Origin: Octopus vulgaris
Lineage: Eukaryota
Assembly (NCBI GenBank): GCA_951406725.2
Contig: OX597818.1
Location: 7,936,001 to 8,000,000 of the forward strand
Direction: 5' to 3'
Length of the DNA stretch: 64,000 nucleotides
Shown: positions 12,191-26,885 of the stretch, piece after piece
Layout of the letters: each line of letters opens with the position of its first letter
Numbering within the stretch: position 1 is the first letter of the stretch
Position numbers and translations under genes: made by a program
The notes under the pieces: generated by a model
What the model saw: only the letters and a program-made list of their open reading frames with translations
Databases searched by the model: none
What the model was told of the DNA's origin: nothing

Positions 12191-13554
12191 GTAAGGCGAG
12201 ATAGCATAAGGTGACCTGTCACAGTATGTTGTTTCTGATTGCATACCATCGTCTGATTGGGGCGAATTACCATGTTAATGTTACTCCTCCAATAATCTCA
12301 GCAAGAATTGCAGTTAATAGAAATGATGTACCTATCTTTGCATCATTCTCTATATAACGAATGCAAACTCACGCGTGCATGCATGTATGTCTGTATGAGT
12401 GTAGGTTTCCGTGTGTGCGAGTGTCTGTGTGTGCATGTATGTGCGTGCGTGCTTTGGTAAACTGAACCAGAACTCGAAAATCGAAACTTTCGTCTTCTTT
12501 TGCCAGCTAATCTCACATCACTGCACACACAAACACGCGGGCATGCAAATACAGACACAAACAGACACACACACACACACACGCACACGCACGTACACAC
12601 ACACATACACAGACTTATTCCTATGTGGGTGATAGTGTATGTACGAATCTAGGCATATGCCTGTGTATATCAGTCTGTTTATCTATCAATTTCTCTATCT
12701 ATTCATCTATCTCTCTATATATGTCCATATATGCTCACACATACATTTATAACTATGCACATACATGATATATATGCACAAATGTCTATCATGTGGGATA
12801 TGTAGGTATATATGCGTGTATATATATATGCATGTCTTCGTGTGAATATAGGTGTGAATGTAAATTTCAAACATGTTCCATCATCTTCAGACACCTCTCC
12901 GTGTATGCATAACTATACTACGTAGTTTGTTATAGCAAGTACAGCTTCATTCCCGTTAACGTGTGTTTATCACTTTATACATTAATGGTATTTCACTTGC
13001 ATTCATTTTCTTTTTATTATATTTCATAACTGAGTCTGATATATTAGATGTTTATATATGCGCCCCATTCTCTCTGTTTCTCTTTCAAATGTCTCTCTCT
13101 AATACTCTGGTATTCATTATGAATCCGCTTATTCATAAATATATTGTGAATACTACTACTCGACAGTCTTCCGATTCAGGCAGCTTAACTTAGCTGCTGT
13201 CAGATACTATTAACTAATACTGACATCTTGATCAACAACAGCCCCTATTACCTATAATGGTTCACTCCCAAAAGCAATATCCATCATTAATGTTAAGATT
13301 TATTCAATATTAAGTATTTTCGTGCTGAATATCTGTCGTTTTTATTTCTTGTTTCTAAATTTAAAAATCATTAAATCCTCATGATGAGAATTATCATCAA
13401 TAAAATCATCATCATGATCATCGTCGTCGTCATCATCATAATCATCATCATCATCATCGACATCATCAGCATCATAACCGACTGTACCATTACTAACACC
13501 GACACCAACACCAACAACCACGACAAAACAGAAATAACATTATCAGTATAATCA

Positions 13555-13617
<63 letters not shown>

Positions 13618-14468
13618 CACTATATCATCAGCATCAGATCATCATTACCACCACCACCACCACCACCATCATCATCACCATCATCATTAAAAAATCTCAC
13701 CATCTTCACTACAAACAACAATGCTGTGATAATCATCATGATTATCATCACCAATTATTCTCATGACCATCTTCATTATAATCATGAATAGCATCACCTC
13801 TATCATAAACAACTTGATTGTGATCCTTAATATCTTTAAATAATTATCATTAACAACATCGTCATAGTCGCCGTGATCTTCGGCATGTATTAACCAAATA
13901 TCCTCCATACTTCAGTTCCCTTATGACATTATTTCCCTCACATAATATATTTTAGGAAAACTCGCATAACGCACAGTTTTCGAAATGTTGCCTTGTATAA
14001 TCAAGAAGGCATGTAGGATGTCGCTTTACCGAGTAGAATTAGCCATAGTATAATCTCCCTCACCAGAGGCTGTTATCTTAGGAATATGAGTCATCTATCA
14101 AGGAAAGTATACATTATACGACAAAAAAAGCTCGTTGGTCACAATTGAAACACATTTAAGCATAGATCTGATGAGCAAAATCTGATTTGGTGAGGTAAAA
14201 TTATTTACAATCTTTCCTATATACTAGGAAAGGAAAGTCCATTATTCATTCATTCGCTGCGCTTTCCTTAAAACTATAACATCTGTAATTGCTTGAAGCA
14301 ATAACTGCAAACAAGTTCTAGTCCCAATGATGAAAAATTGTGCATAACTCAAAATGACAACTAATATAATGCTGAATGAAATTTTCTACATAGAAACCGC
14401 ATTAAAGTCTCCCTCTCTATCTGTCTGTGTGTCTGTCTGTCTCTTTCTCTCTCTGTAACTGTCTGTCA

Positions 14469-14508
<40 letters not shown>

Positions 14509-16069
14509 TACACACAAATACATAATACATAAAGACGCACACTCCAACACAAACATACAGTTACACTTTCTCTCTTACATGCACATTCATACAGACTCTC
14601 GCCCACCACTCCCGCTATTTGTCTCTCTGTTTCTTTCTCTCTGTCCACATACGTACACATATAGTGTTCACAATCACAGTCTCGTTCGCACAATTGTGTT
14701 AACCATATGATAACGTCTGAAATAGAAGTGTGGGCCGAATGGGATGTTGATATAAGCTTAGGAACAAGGACTTGCAGATAGGATCCATTGAATATACGTT
14801 GTTCTTATAGCAGGGCGTGTTAGCTACAGTAGTTTTTGTAGAGGACTCACGCGCGCAAGATAGAAATAGATAGAGAGAGAGGGGAAGAGAGGGAGCGGAA
14901 AGGATGGATGGAGGTGGGAAAGAGAGCGAATTTGTGAATTAGTTTCAGGATTTGCTGATTAGTACCAGATCACCGCAGGGATTGAATATGTCTGTCATCA
15001 AAGGCACTCCAATTGCGACCATTCTAATTTTTCTTCAGTATAACACAGGTTATCGAATGAGACCGGTTTTTTAAGGTAAGTGTAATTTGATAACTTGCTG
15101 CTATTACTAACGACTACGAAGAATCTTCCCTGAATGGTTCATAAATTATCTACAGCATCTAACGTATTCATCACTGTTACTTACAGAATCAGGTGAATGA
15201 CCCTCACCGCAGCATCACTAAGGTATGTTACTTCGAGTGAAAAGTTAAAATGTTTCCTACTTTTTTCTATATATTGTATAGGTATGCACCGCAATCACTT
15301 AGACAAAGTTTTATTTCTGTATGCTGTTAGCACTTTGACTATTTAAGTATTATGGATATATATAAGCATGCTGTACACGAATCTTGATTAACGTTCACCG
15401 GAGCTAAAAAAATCCCGAAGGTAGATTCAGTATCAACTGGAACCATTTTACACTCTTTTATTATTTCGATGATTTAAAACATTAAATCGCGGTCATTTCT
15501 GACCAATCTCCAGTAATATTAATTATATTCAAACTGAAATGGTTAGTAAGATACTTTCTCAGTCTAGCAATCGAATACACCATTGAGGTACATCCATTCT
15601 TTAGAGTTATCGTTCGTGTAGCAACGCGAATATCTTTTACCGTTTAAGCGATTTTCATTGGTGTACAACAAGGCATACATTCAAACATGACTTCATACAT
15701 ACATTCGTATATATATATACACAATCACGCAGACACGCAAATGCATGCACACATACTCACACACATACATGACTGTATGCGGTATGCAAATATGTTTGTG
15801 TGTCAGTGTGCACGCAGTTTTCTGCAGTTTCTATCGATAAAGTTTCACAAATCAGTTTATGTCAAAAATTTTGTTTTGCACAATTCTTCTTAGTCCATTC
15901 GTGTGAATTAGTTACCCTTTTTTCCCTCAAGCAATTCTACATCTCCAGCTTGGGTTTTGTGAAATATGAGGGGCTGATCGCTCAACATTTTTTACCGGTC
16001 CAGATGCTTGTCATTTAGTAAACAACACTACAGAAAATTAGGTATGTGTATTAGAGGAGCTCATACCTT

Positions 16070-16262
16070 AAACATGTTCATATTGACATTTTGCGACTGG
16101 TATCTATTTTTGATAACTATTAATTAACAAGTTGTTCTAGTCATTGTCCGTCATTTTCCCCCGATAACTGTGCATCCTCGACCATGTTATATAATGTAAT
16201 CTTCCCCATCCTTTGTAAGCAGTGATGTGTTATTTGTAGGAGATTTGACTGCTGTTTCTATT
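16070..16262 (+). repeat. old interspersed repeat family, decayed (related copies near 14950-15135, 33650-33835, 46000-46200, 53220-53410)
   Basis: Copies share a GATTTG(A/G)CTGCTATTTCTA-like 3' motif and a similar upstream layout, but are heavily diverged. Confidence 0.35.
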
Positions 16263-16762
16263 ATTATTATTCATGATTATAGATGTAGTAAAGGTAAACA
16301 TCGTAAAATATAATTAGTTAGAAGAAACTTTGTCTAAATAGTGTCTGTGACGCTACTTAAATTTCTGTTATATCAATATCGTATCATTAATGTTGCACAT
16401 TAATGATGCAACATTGAGAATGGCTTACGTTTCATGAGTCCTATAATAATGAATGTCACTTATATTCCTTGCATTCGTTATATATCTTCCTCTATGGAGA
16501 ATCAATAGCAAATGAGATTAAATATTTGTAACATTCGTTTGTGAAATTCATGAACGACTTTCAAATATTCATGGACTCTGGATTTTGAAAGTTTATTCTT
16601 AAAATCATTTCATAAGTGGCCGTTGTTATTGATGTAGAGTTAAGCCATTTGTTTCACGAGTAAATATTTTGTAACTATACTGTAACTTGGTCAAATATTT
16701 TTTTCAACGATTTGAGTGTAAAATGTGACAGGAGGAAATACTATGACACTTGCCACACAGGA

Positions 16763-16858
<96 letters not shown>
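16763..16858. repeat. (TATC)n microsatellite
   Basis: Direct repeat run. Confidence 0.95.
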
Positions 16859-16859
<1 letters not shown>

Positions 16860-18390
16860 GCCTACCTATCTATCTCTGTACACATACATTCACACAAGCA
16901 CACGCACACGAACATACACACACACACATATATACAGTTTCCTGTTCCATTAAGGTAGGTTCAAAAATAGTTACTCCATCCAGTTACAGAAAAATATGAT
17001 TCAATATACACAATGTTAAAATAAGAGACAAGAAAGTTCAAAACAAGTAACAATAATATATGACAAAACCACAGTCCAGTATCTTCCGAAAATTGAAGAA
17101 AAATACCCAAAATAAAGCATCATGAACTACACGTTTATAGACAAACAATTAACAAATTGCAAACATTAACACAAAAGCATCATACAATCGAATACTTTAA
17201 CAACACACTTGAAAATCATCAGAACAAAATAAAATACATTAAAAAAACATTAGAAAAGTCTCTCGGTGGAACAGGAAATTTCAGCAGGAATATCAACAGA
17301 AGACAGTATAACGACTTACTGTGGGAAACATTAATGAGTAGCCGGGAGAAATGAACACATCTACTTAAACATGTTCAAGATAAGTCTTCCTTCTCACTTT
17401 CCTCCTTTTAACTAACAGTTAATCAGGATATGCAGTGTGAATGCAAGTGGCATGTGATCGCCTTGTAAGCAAGACAGCTTGCTCACTGGTCTCAGGTAAC
17501 TGAATGTGAAGGCCAGCAGCGGAAACTATATTTCTGAAGAAGGCGACTTCAAGCCCATCTTCAATGAGCATGTGATATGTCCATTTCCAAATTATCTGGG
17601 ATCAGGCGAGTGAGAAACGGTGTTCTTTAAATAAGATCTAAATATCGCAATAAAGATTGTATTCTTAGACCCAGAAGATAGTTAGTGCTCTGCCTAACAA
17701 GCAGCGAATTTGATGCATTCCAAATCGTAGACGCATTCGGCCCAATAGGGTTGGGAACTGCTGATACCGTGTTTTTGTGTTAGTAGGATATTTTCGTATC
17801 ATCTTGGAAACACGATGGGACAGGGAAGAGCTACACTGACAAGGTGAAAACCCACTCACAAACCTGTTCAGATGATTGCAACTCACTCTTGCATAACGCT
17901 TGGAATTCTCGAATGCGTCAATGATGTCTCTAACATGCTATCACACGCGTACTAGCTTATAATAACACATTCACTAATATCTATTTCCTATATTTTACAA
18001 TCACACACTAAATCATTATAGAATATTCTATCACACCTAAAGGACTAATACAGTTTACTCTCTTCTTAGGAAGTAGAAACAAAGAATCTCAAAACCCCAT
18101 ACGGGCTAAACCTACATTGACGTTCAACAGTTTTGCACTAAATTATGAGCTGCTATAAAGAGAGCAATATTTCAATATCTTTCGCCAAGATACTTCAATA
18201 TGTCCTACAGGTAACAATCCACTTTTCCAACGCTTGGATTATTTTCTTCCATTTATTTGACGAATGTATCTTTCCTGAAATAATATAGAAGCACACATTG
18301 TAAGGTAATACAGTACATATTCCCTTTATATTAATCCGCATCTGAAATAGTTTAACTAACTTTACTCTAACTAAGCTCAGAGATTTCCAA

Positions 18391-18610
<220 letters not shown>

Positions 18611-19516
18611 CCTATCTGTCTGTATGTCTATCTGTTTGTATGTGTGTCTAAAATATATCTATTTATTTATCTATCTATCTATCTATCTATCTACTTGTCT
18701 GTCCGTCCATCCGTCCGTCCGTCCATCCATCCACCCATCTATCCATCCATCCATCTATTTATGTACTATGTATGTATGTACGTACGTACGTACGTATGTA
18801 TGTATGTATGTATGTATGTATGTATGTATGTATGTATGTATTTGTATCTATGCATGTGTGTGCCCGCGATGTGTATGAATTTACAGTTATTGTATATCGA
18901 GAAAAATGGAGGCAGTTAGAATTTTTGATTATTCTTTTATTATTGGCGCTTTTGTTCGTTTAAATGAACTCTTCAAGGTAAGAAATAAAATCAAAATAAT
19001 AATGACAAATATAATATAATAAATGTGAGAACTAATTTCTGTGTCAGTGTGACACAAGTTTGATCCCCTCCCTCACTATTTAATGACACTTCTACTATTC
19101 CTCATGCTGGGATAAGAGTAATAGTAGGCATAGAGACAGTGGAGTAGTGGCGAAAAGAGACAAAGAGAGAGAGAAAAAGAAAAAGAGAGGAAGAGATGAA
19201 GAGACAAAGGAATTTAGGGAGTGTTGGTGCTTTATTAAAAGTAGTAGTGTTGACGGTGGTATCGGGAGTAATAATAAGAGAGACAGAAAGAGTCGGTATG
19301 CAAGAGAAAGAGGGAAATAATGCATAATTTTGTTTAACCATGTCTCTTTGACAGAAATTCCTGTGGTCAACATACTGAACGTCTTATTTTTTGCTTTCTT
19401 TAATACACACACATATAAAATACAATTTAAACATATCAGACATATCTAATATAATGAATGTGAATGCCAGTGTGTCATACTTTTCAACTTTAGTAAATTC
19501 TCTTCAACTGGAAGCA

Positions 19517-19706
19517 CAAAGCCTCGCATTTTGGTGAAAGGGATTAAGTCGATTACATCGAGCCTAGTACGTAACTGGTACTAATTTTATCGACTCTGAA
19601 AGGATAAGTTGACCTCGGTGGAATTCGAACTAAATATCTAACGGCAGATGAAATACCGTCAAGCATTTCACCCGGCGTGTTATCGATTCTGCCAGCTAAC
19701 CGCCTT
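19517..19706 (-). mobile_element. tRNA-derived SINE, family A
   Basis: Reverse complement matches the 41111 copy: GGCGG..AGCTGGCAGAA...GAGTCGATAAAATTAGTACCAGTTACG...CGATGTAATCGACTTAATCCC. Confidence 0.85.
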
Positions 19707-20084
19707 AATATAATAATAATATAATAAATGTGAAATTCAGCGTATTACAATTTTTCAACTATATTTCTAGAGGTCGTAACTCAACGTATCATACCATTAG
19801 GAATCAGGCTGATTCGGTGAGTAAATAAAAAACATTCCGGGCCGAATCTGGACCCACGATCCTGAAATTTTGGATTCCCAAGTTTTCGTTACTGTAATAG
19901 TTTTCGGCGACTTTTTTACATGATTTTTGGCGACGAATATGATCATCACATTGGGATATAACTTTGGAGTGAGCAATTGCAACAAACTCGCCAAGACAAG
20001 TCAGAGATCTGCTGGCAGTTCTTACTATTCGGAATCAGTTGCTTAAAAGTTATATACTAGCTTGAAAAGCACACTTTTAGGCTA

Positions 20085-20201
<117 letters not shown>

Positions 20202-20584
20202 TATATGAATAGGAGCATAGTTCGATTTGTTTTTGCTCCGCCTCTGTTCTGTTTTTGTTTTTCCAACTATTTGATTTCCTATTTTCTTCCTGAAGAGAAA
20301 GACACAATATGGTCCCATTATTCCATCGGATTTTGGTAATTTGTGCCTTTCGAAACACGTGTAGAATGAAATAAAACGATTTCTGTTCAATCTGCGTTCA
20401 GCTCCATTTCTTCAATTCACCAATAATGTTCTAATTTCAATTATCCGCACCAACGCACGGTTGCAACACCATATGGTTGTACCTCCAACCGTGCTGTTTT
20501 TACTGCTGTGATTTTTGCTACTAAGGTATCGGTTAAACTTTTGATTAATCTACTACAAGATTATTCATCTTTCTATTTCACATA

Positions 20585-20679
<95 letters not shown>

Positions 20680-21599
20680 AGTATATATATATGTATGTAT
20701 ATATATATACGCATTAACTTACAAGAATACAGTCAAGATACATATTCCATAGCACTTTGCGTTTTCATTAAAGTTTTAGGACTCTTGAATATATTTCTGG
20801 TGATGAAGGATCGACAAGAATTTAGTCGATTTGGGAGAAATATAAAGTGTTTTTTAATCAAACAATAATGCTGTTTAGAAAACAGGCCTCTTTCGAATAT
20901 GTAGGTATTTATATCTAAAATCTTAGAGAAAAATAGAATTGTCACCGCTGGAATAGCGTTTTTTACTATTTTACACGTATATAGTGGATTTTGAAGAACA
21001 GGAATGGGTATAACAACAAATAACATGAACGGATATTACAACGTGGATGAAACATAAAAAAAAAATATATTACGTGTGAAGATATGGCTTTTAATGCATT
21101 TTGGGGAAACTTCTTCCCACGTTACTCTAATTTGGTTGATTTGTTATTTTGTTTAAGTTCATTCTCGGTCAAGTAAATATAGCACACTAAACAATCATCC
21201 CGTCTTATATTTTGCTGACGGACTATATGTTGCAATTCACTTTATGATACCATTTTAACGGTTTTTCCATAGGAGAATGTCACATACTTGTTATTTTGTG
21301 CTCTTTCTATCAAGACACTTGATCATGCAGAAGCACTCTTGCTTGATATTATTTGGCAATGTTTTGAGAATATAAAAAATATAATGTAATGTATTTTTCT
21401 AACAAGTAAAAATTCGATTAACAATAAATATTGCCACTGGAGACGTCTGAAATGACATCTAATATCCTTTGGTCCTAAACATTGAACGATGTCTACAGTG
21501 AATGTTGAGAAAACCGTTCTGAAGTAATTCAGTTAAAATAGATAATGTGGATCAACATTTTAGAATTAGTTATTTGGCTCTAGAATAAAGTTCTAAAAA

Positions 21600-21672
<73 letters not shown>

Positions 21673-21777
21673 TGAGTTGAGTTGACCAAACACTATATGA
21701 GAGAGATTTTCTTTAAGTATTAGAAATGGTTTTTAAAAAGTTTTTTAGCTGCTATTTCTAATGAGTTCAGTATGTAT

Positions 21778-21841
<64 letters not shown>

Positions 21842-21849
21842 CATACATA

Positions 21850-21885
<36 letters not shown>

Positions 21886-22116
21886 TGTATGTATGTATAC
21901 ATAAGGTATTGGTATCTAGAAGACACAAAGAGTGGCAGGTAATGCTAAATAAGTGCTAAGGACAGACCATAGTTAAACTCCCGGTTCGATAGTGATACGG
22001 ATGATAAGTGGGTCTTCTATTAGCATGCGTATATATATATATAGGTATAAGACAAAAATAGATAACAAAGCCAAGGCTGTGAGGAGTTTTCAGACATTTA
22101 TAAAGAAAGAGATATA

Positions 22117-22164
22117 GCCTTACAGTTGTTTCTGAGATAATATGGATATCTCTTCGTCAGAGAC
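22117..22164 (-). ncRNA. type I hammerhead ribozyme motif
   Basis: GUCU-CUGACGA-A-GAGAUA..UAUCUC-A-GAAAC-AACU-GUA^AGGC. All invariant core bases are present, with extra unpaired A's at the base of stem II. Confidence 0.7.
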
Positions 22165-22702
22165 AATTTGAGATGGTTAGATAGAGGTTATTTTTAGAGT
22201 TCGAAATAAGGAATAATTATGGAAAAGTAGGAGAAAGGGAAAGTAGAGAAAAATAAGAGAATAAAAGTAGAAATAACATATAAAGTTTTGTAGCTGAGGT
22301 CCCATTATTCGAGTAAAGTGGTAAAAAAGTTTCCTAGACATAGCATGAAAGTTCCGATAGTAGTTCGTGTTTAGTCATTTCAAAGTATGGGGCCGTGGAT
22401 TCTGCGTCGCCCATTCGAAGGAGGTTTGTGCCCATTCGAATGGGTAACATAGAATCCACGGCTCCATACTTTGAAATGACTAAACACGAACTACTGTCGG
22501 ATTTTACATACCACATACAAGAGACTTTTTTACCACTTCTATACACCACTTTACTCGAATACTAGAACTGCAACGACAATATTTTTAATGTTATTCCTAC
22601 TTTCATTCTCTTATTTCCCTCTATTTCACCAATCTCTTCCTTTTCTATAATATTTTCTAATTTCGAACTCAAACAATTTCCTCTATCTAACCCTGTCACA
22701 TC

Positions 22703-22750
22703 GTCTCTGATGAAGGGATATTCATAATATCCAAGAAACAGCTGTAAGAC
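22703..22750 (+). ncRNA. type I hammerhead ribozyme motif
   Basis: GUCU-CUGAUGA-AG-GGAUAUU(CAU)AAUAUCC-AA-GAAAC-AGCU-GUA^AGAC. Stem I is GUCU/AGAC and stem III is the palindrome ACAGCUGU. Predicted cleavage after 22746. Confidence 0.78.
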
Positions 22751-22827
22751 TATATCTCTTTACTTATAAGTGCCCTGAAAACTACTCACAGCCTTGGCTT
22801 TGTTATCTGTTTTTGTCTAATATATAC

Positions 22828-22903
<76 letters not shown>

Positions 22904-22906
<3 letters not shown>

Positions 22907-23215
22907 TTGCCAAGCAAATATAGAAGTCCAGAAATATAGGACGAATGCTGCCGTTGATTAGCTCCAAGAGACCATCGCCTCTAGCTAGCTATGTGACACA
23001 CAAACCGTGTCCATTAAAACCTTCGAACAGGGAGGTCAGCCGCTTCCTCTTGCTAGTCAGGCATCTGCAGACTAGTTTCAGGGTATTTGCAAGGGAAGCG
23101 GCTGACCTCCTCTGTTCGTGTGTCACATTGCTAGCTAGAGGCGAATGCCTCTTGGAGCTAATCAACGGCAGCATTCATCCTACATTTATGGACTGCTATA
23201 TTAGCGTGGCGATAA
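22904..23215. mobile_element. fold-back (hairpin) MITE-like element
   Basis: Nearly the whole element self-pairs: GAATGCTGCCGTTGATTAGCTCCAAGAG / CTCTTGGAGCTAATCAACGGCAGCATTC and GGAGGTCAGCCGCTTCC / GGAAGCGGCTGACCTCC. Confidence 0.8.
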
Positions 23216-23305
23216 TAATTAATATCCAGTACCGCTGCCGTAATCTCTTTTAGAGAGACTTAGAAATTTATATGTATATATATAAATACAAAATGGGACA
23301 AGAAC

Positions 23306-23341
<36 letters not shown>

Positions 23342-24569
23342 GTTGGTCTATATTTCCACTTCACCGTTTTTCATTTTGTATAATGTGGTTTGTTATGGTA
23401 ATCGTGTTACGCTTTGATAATTATAACTTGTACTTCCAACAAAGATAGCTTAAATAAACTAAATTTGAAATAATAATCAGAATAGTTGAATATTAGTTTT
23501 CTGTTTTGTTCAAAAGATGTTAACTAGATGGGCTATTTAATTATACAAAAGAATGTCTGAATATTAGCATTTAATTTTAACAAGAAAATAATAACAGTCA
23601 TGTTAAATACCCTGATTAGCTAAAATATCGGATTAGCTAATGTAATTCCATACTGAGCAAACAAGACAGACGTAGTCAGCGATAAAATTGCTATGCAAAC
23701 ATGCTCTTGGTTACACGATCTGCATTCATAAATCACTACTGAATTGAGCAATTTAGGTATATTCACTGAACAAATCAACAATGAACATCAAAGCGTCACT
23801 ACATTTCGTAAAGTCAACAAATTTGTCTCAATATGGCACGAATCCCTAAAAATAGGAAAGAGAAACTGAATATGCAGTCTTAAACTGTTAAATAGACTGG
23901 ATTGTAAAGGTTTCAAAGATATTTAACACTTTTTCTCTCAGTCAGGAATAACCTACAGCTGAAAATCGACTTTAATATAGTCAACTTTGTCTCGTCGGGT
24001 GTAACATAATTAACGTCACAATGCAGCATATATTTAAAAGTAAACTTTGGTATATTTTTACAAAGAATATTGCCGATATTAAAATGAAATGTTCTTCAAT
24101 AATTTATATATTGGAACTGGCTGGATTGCAAATAACTGGAAACTTTAGTTTTCTTTTTATATATAAACTAATTTCTCTGCTTTTGTGTTATGTAATAAGT
24201 TTTGTTTACATAATCAACGATATGTTGAATTGGCTGTTAAATTGAACAGATCAACTTCCTCACTATGGCATTTTGGAGAATGGTAATATTCCCAAAGTGT
24301 AAATACTACGATTTCAATATTACAGTTAGCGATAAAAGATCTAAGTTTCACTATGACATATATTTACATGACAGAGAGTAAAAACAAGAAATTTAATAAA
24401 TATAGTTTATAGTGTTATAATATCGTCTACTATTGATTTATTTTCTCCTTCAAAATCAATATAACAGTTAAATCAACAAGATACTGGTTGATAATATCGC
24501 TTCTCCTATATTGTCTTTAATTATTGCTTCACTTACTGCCATGATTTATCTTAGATTTGTAGATTTGAT

Positions 24570-24595
24570 AATGATAATTATGATGATGATGGTGC

Positions 24596-24665
<70 letters not shown>

Positions 24666-24815
24666 AATGATGATGATGATGATGATGATGTCAGTGGTGG
24701 TGGTGGTGGTGGTGGTGGTGGTGGTGGTGATGATAATGATGATGATGATGATGGTGACGACCACGAAGACGACGACAACGACCACGAAGAAGAAGAAGAA
24801 GAAGAAGAAGAAGAA

Positions 24816-24869
<54 letters not shown>

Positions 24870-24890
24870 AAAATGATGATGATGATGATC
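24570..24890. repeat. compound trinucleotide microsatellite (ATG)(GTG)(ACG)(AAG)(ATG)
   Basis: Direct repeat runs; gives poly-M/V/K/S pseudo-ORFs. Confidence 0.95.
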
Positions 24891-25148
24891 ACCATGATTA
24901 ATAGACTAGTGATACTATGTGTAGAAATGATGAGCATGATAATAAAGACGATGAAAATGTCGTTGGAGAACTCGATAAAAATCAGGATTATAATGACTAT
25001 AGTACTGATGGTAGTGGTGATAATTTAGCCAGTAGTGATGGTCATGGTGAAACCATGATGATTATAAGGAAGATGGTGGAAGCGCTTCTGAAATTATAGT
25101 GGTTATGGTTATGGAGATCAATAATGATAAAGATTTGCCAATGCTGCT

Positions 25149-25179
<31 letters not shown>

Positions 25180-25507
25180 AAGATGACGAAGGAGATGATG
25201 ACGACGGCGATGATGAGGATTATGTTAGCGAGGCGGAGTGGGATGTAAAAGAGCTGCAGCGTGATCGAGTAGATGATAATTTTAATAATGACACCAATAT
25301 TATTATGATAAGCTATCTTATATCTTTGATATATTATGTGAATGAAAGAATAAATCAATGATTATTGGTAGATATCAGGGAAAGAGACACTTCTATTATT
25401 GTTTTGGCTTTTAAAAACACTATGCACTCACATACACATTCATGCATATATACACACGTATGAACATATATCTTTATACCTAGATGTATATGCATATATT
25501 TGTGCGC

Positions 25508-25578
<71 letters not shown>

Positions 25579-26008
25579 TGTGTGTGTTGTGTGAGTGGGT
25601 GTGTATGTATGTATGCATGAAAGTGTGTAAAAACAGGCTGGTACACAGAGACACAAAGATACAGAGAGAGTGCGTAAAGTCATTTTCAGAGAGTAAACAA
25701 TGCAAACAAATAAATAAATGAGGAAATAGTAAATGCCTAAAGATACAAGTAGAGAAAGAATAAAAAAAAATTATGTTTATTTTCCATTCTGTTTTATTTT
25801 ATATATGTATGAGAGTTTTTTTTTCTCTTTCTTTTGAAAGATTACAAAACAATAAGATCATAAACATAAAGACAATACAGACAAGGAAAACACATTTACT
25901 TCACTTTAGACTAAAACGAAAAAAAAAAATCTTACGTATTATCATTACATACATGTATATAAATATATGAGTGTGCGTGTATGTATGAATGTATGTGTGT
26001 ATATATGT

Positions 26009-26059
<51 letters not shown>

Positions 26060-26227
26060 CAAACACATACATAATGAGAGAACAATAAAATTTAGAATTC
26101 ATTGGGAACAAAGTTCCTCACTTTCTGTTTCTACCGCTCACTCTCTCACTTTCTCCCTTCTTAATCGTTGTCTTTCTACATCACCTTCTCTTTCCCTTCG
26201 TATATGCATACATACATAAATACATAC

Positions 26228-26277
<50 letters not shown>

Positions 26278-26298
26278 ATACATACATACATACATACA

Positions 26299-26332
<34 letters not shown>

Positions 26333-26370
26333 CATATATATACATATATATATATATAAATATATATATG

Positions 26371-26417
<47 letters not shown>

Positions 26418-26668
26418 CACACAAAGCTTTCATTCCCTTTTACTTTAAGTACAGTATAATTCTAACTGTTGTTTTCCTTTCCCAAAATCTTTGCTATACA
26501 CTTTCATTGACTTATCGTACACAGAATTATATTCTTCCTATCTTTACAGCTTCCTTGCTCTTTCTCCATGTGTCAATTTGCCTAGTTAATTCAATTATTA
26601 ACCGTTTCTATTCTAGATCTTTCTAGTCGTTTAATATCTCACCGTGTATATCATTACTAATAATATCA

Positions 26669-26885
26669 AGGCAGCGAACTGGCAGAATCGTTAGCATGCC
26701 GGGCGAAATGCTTTGCGGCATTTTGTTCGCCGCGGTCCTCAGAGTTCAAATTCCGGCGAGTTCGACTTTGCCTTCCATCCTTTCGAGGTCGATGAAATAA
26801 GTACCAGTTACGCACTTGGATCGATGTAATCGACAGTCCACCCTTTCCCCCGAATTTTCAAGACCTTGTACCTAGAGTAGAAATA
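26669..26885 (+). mobile_element. tRNA-derived SINE, family A
   Basis: GGCAGCGAACTGGCAGAATCGTTAGC...GAGTTCAAATTCC (B box)...GCCTTCCATCCTTTCGAGGTCGATG...CCTTGTACCTAGAGTAGAAA tail. Confidence 0.88.

Larger units (their letters stand above)
22046..22822. mobile_element. imperfect ~780-bp inverted repeat of a PLE-type terminal repeat, HHR in each arm
   Basis: Left arm 22046-22419 is the diverged reverse complement of right arm 22435-22822 (e.g. AGATAACAAAGCCAAGGCTGT / ACAGCCTTGGCTTTTGTTATCT). Flanked by (TA)n. Confidence 0.85.

Noticed and set aside
14168-14174. Isolated CTGATGA (also TCATCAG near 32344, 38598 and 41759)
   Set aside because: No correctly placed GAAA, NUH or supporting stems.
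15949-16041. Plus-strand exon-like segment ending AG|GTATGT
   Set aside because: All frames contain stops and no homology is recognisable.
24511-24937. ORFs with poly-Met/Val/Lys or poly-Ser/Pro
   Set aside because: A compound trinucleotide microsatellite open in several frames on both strands.
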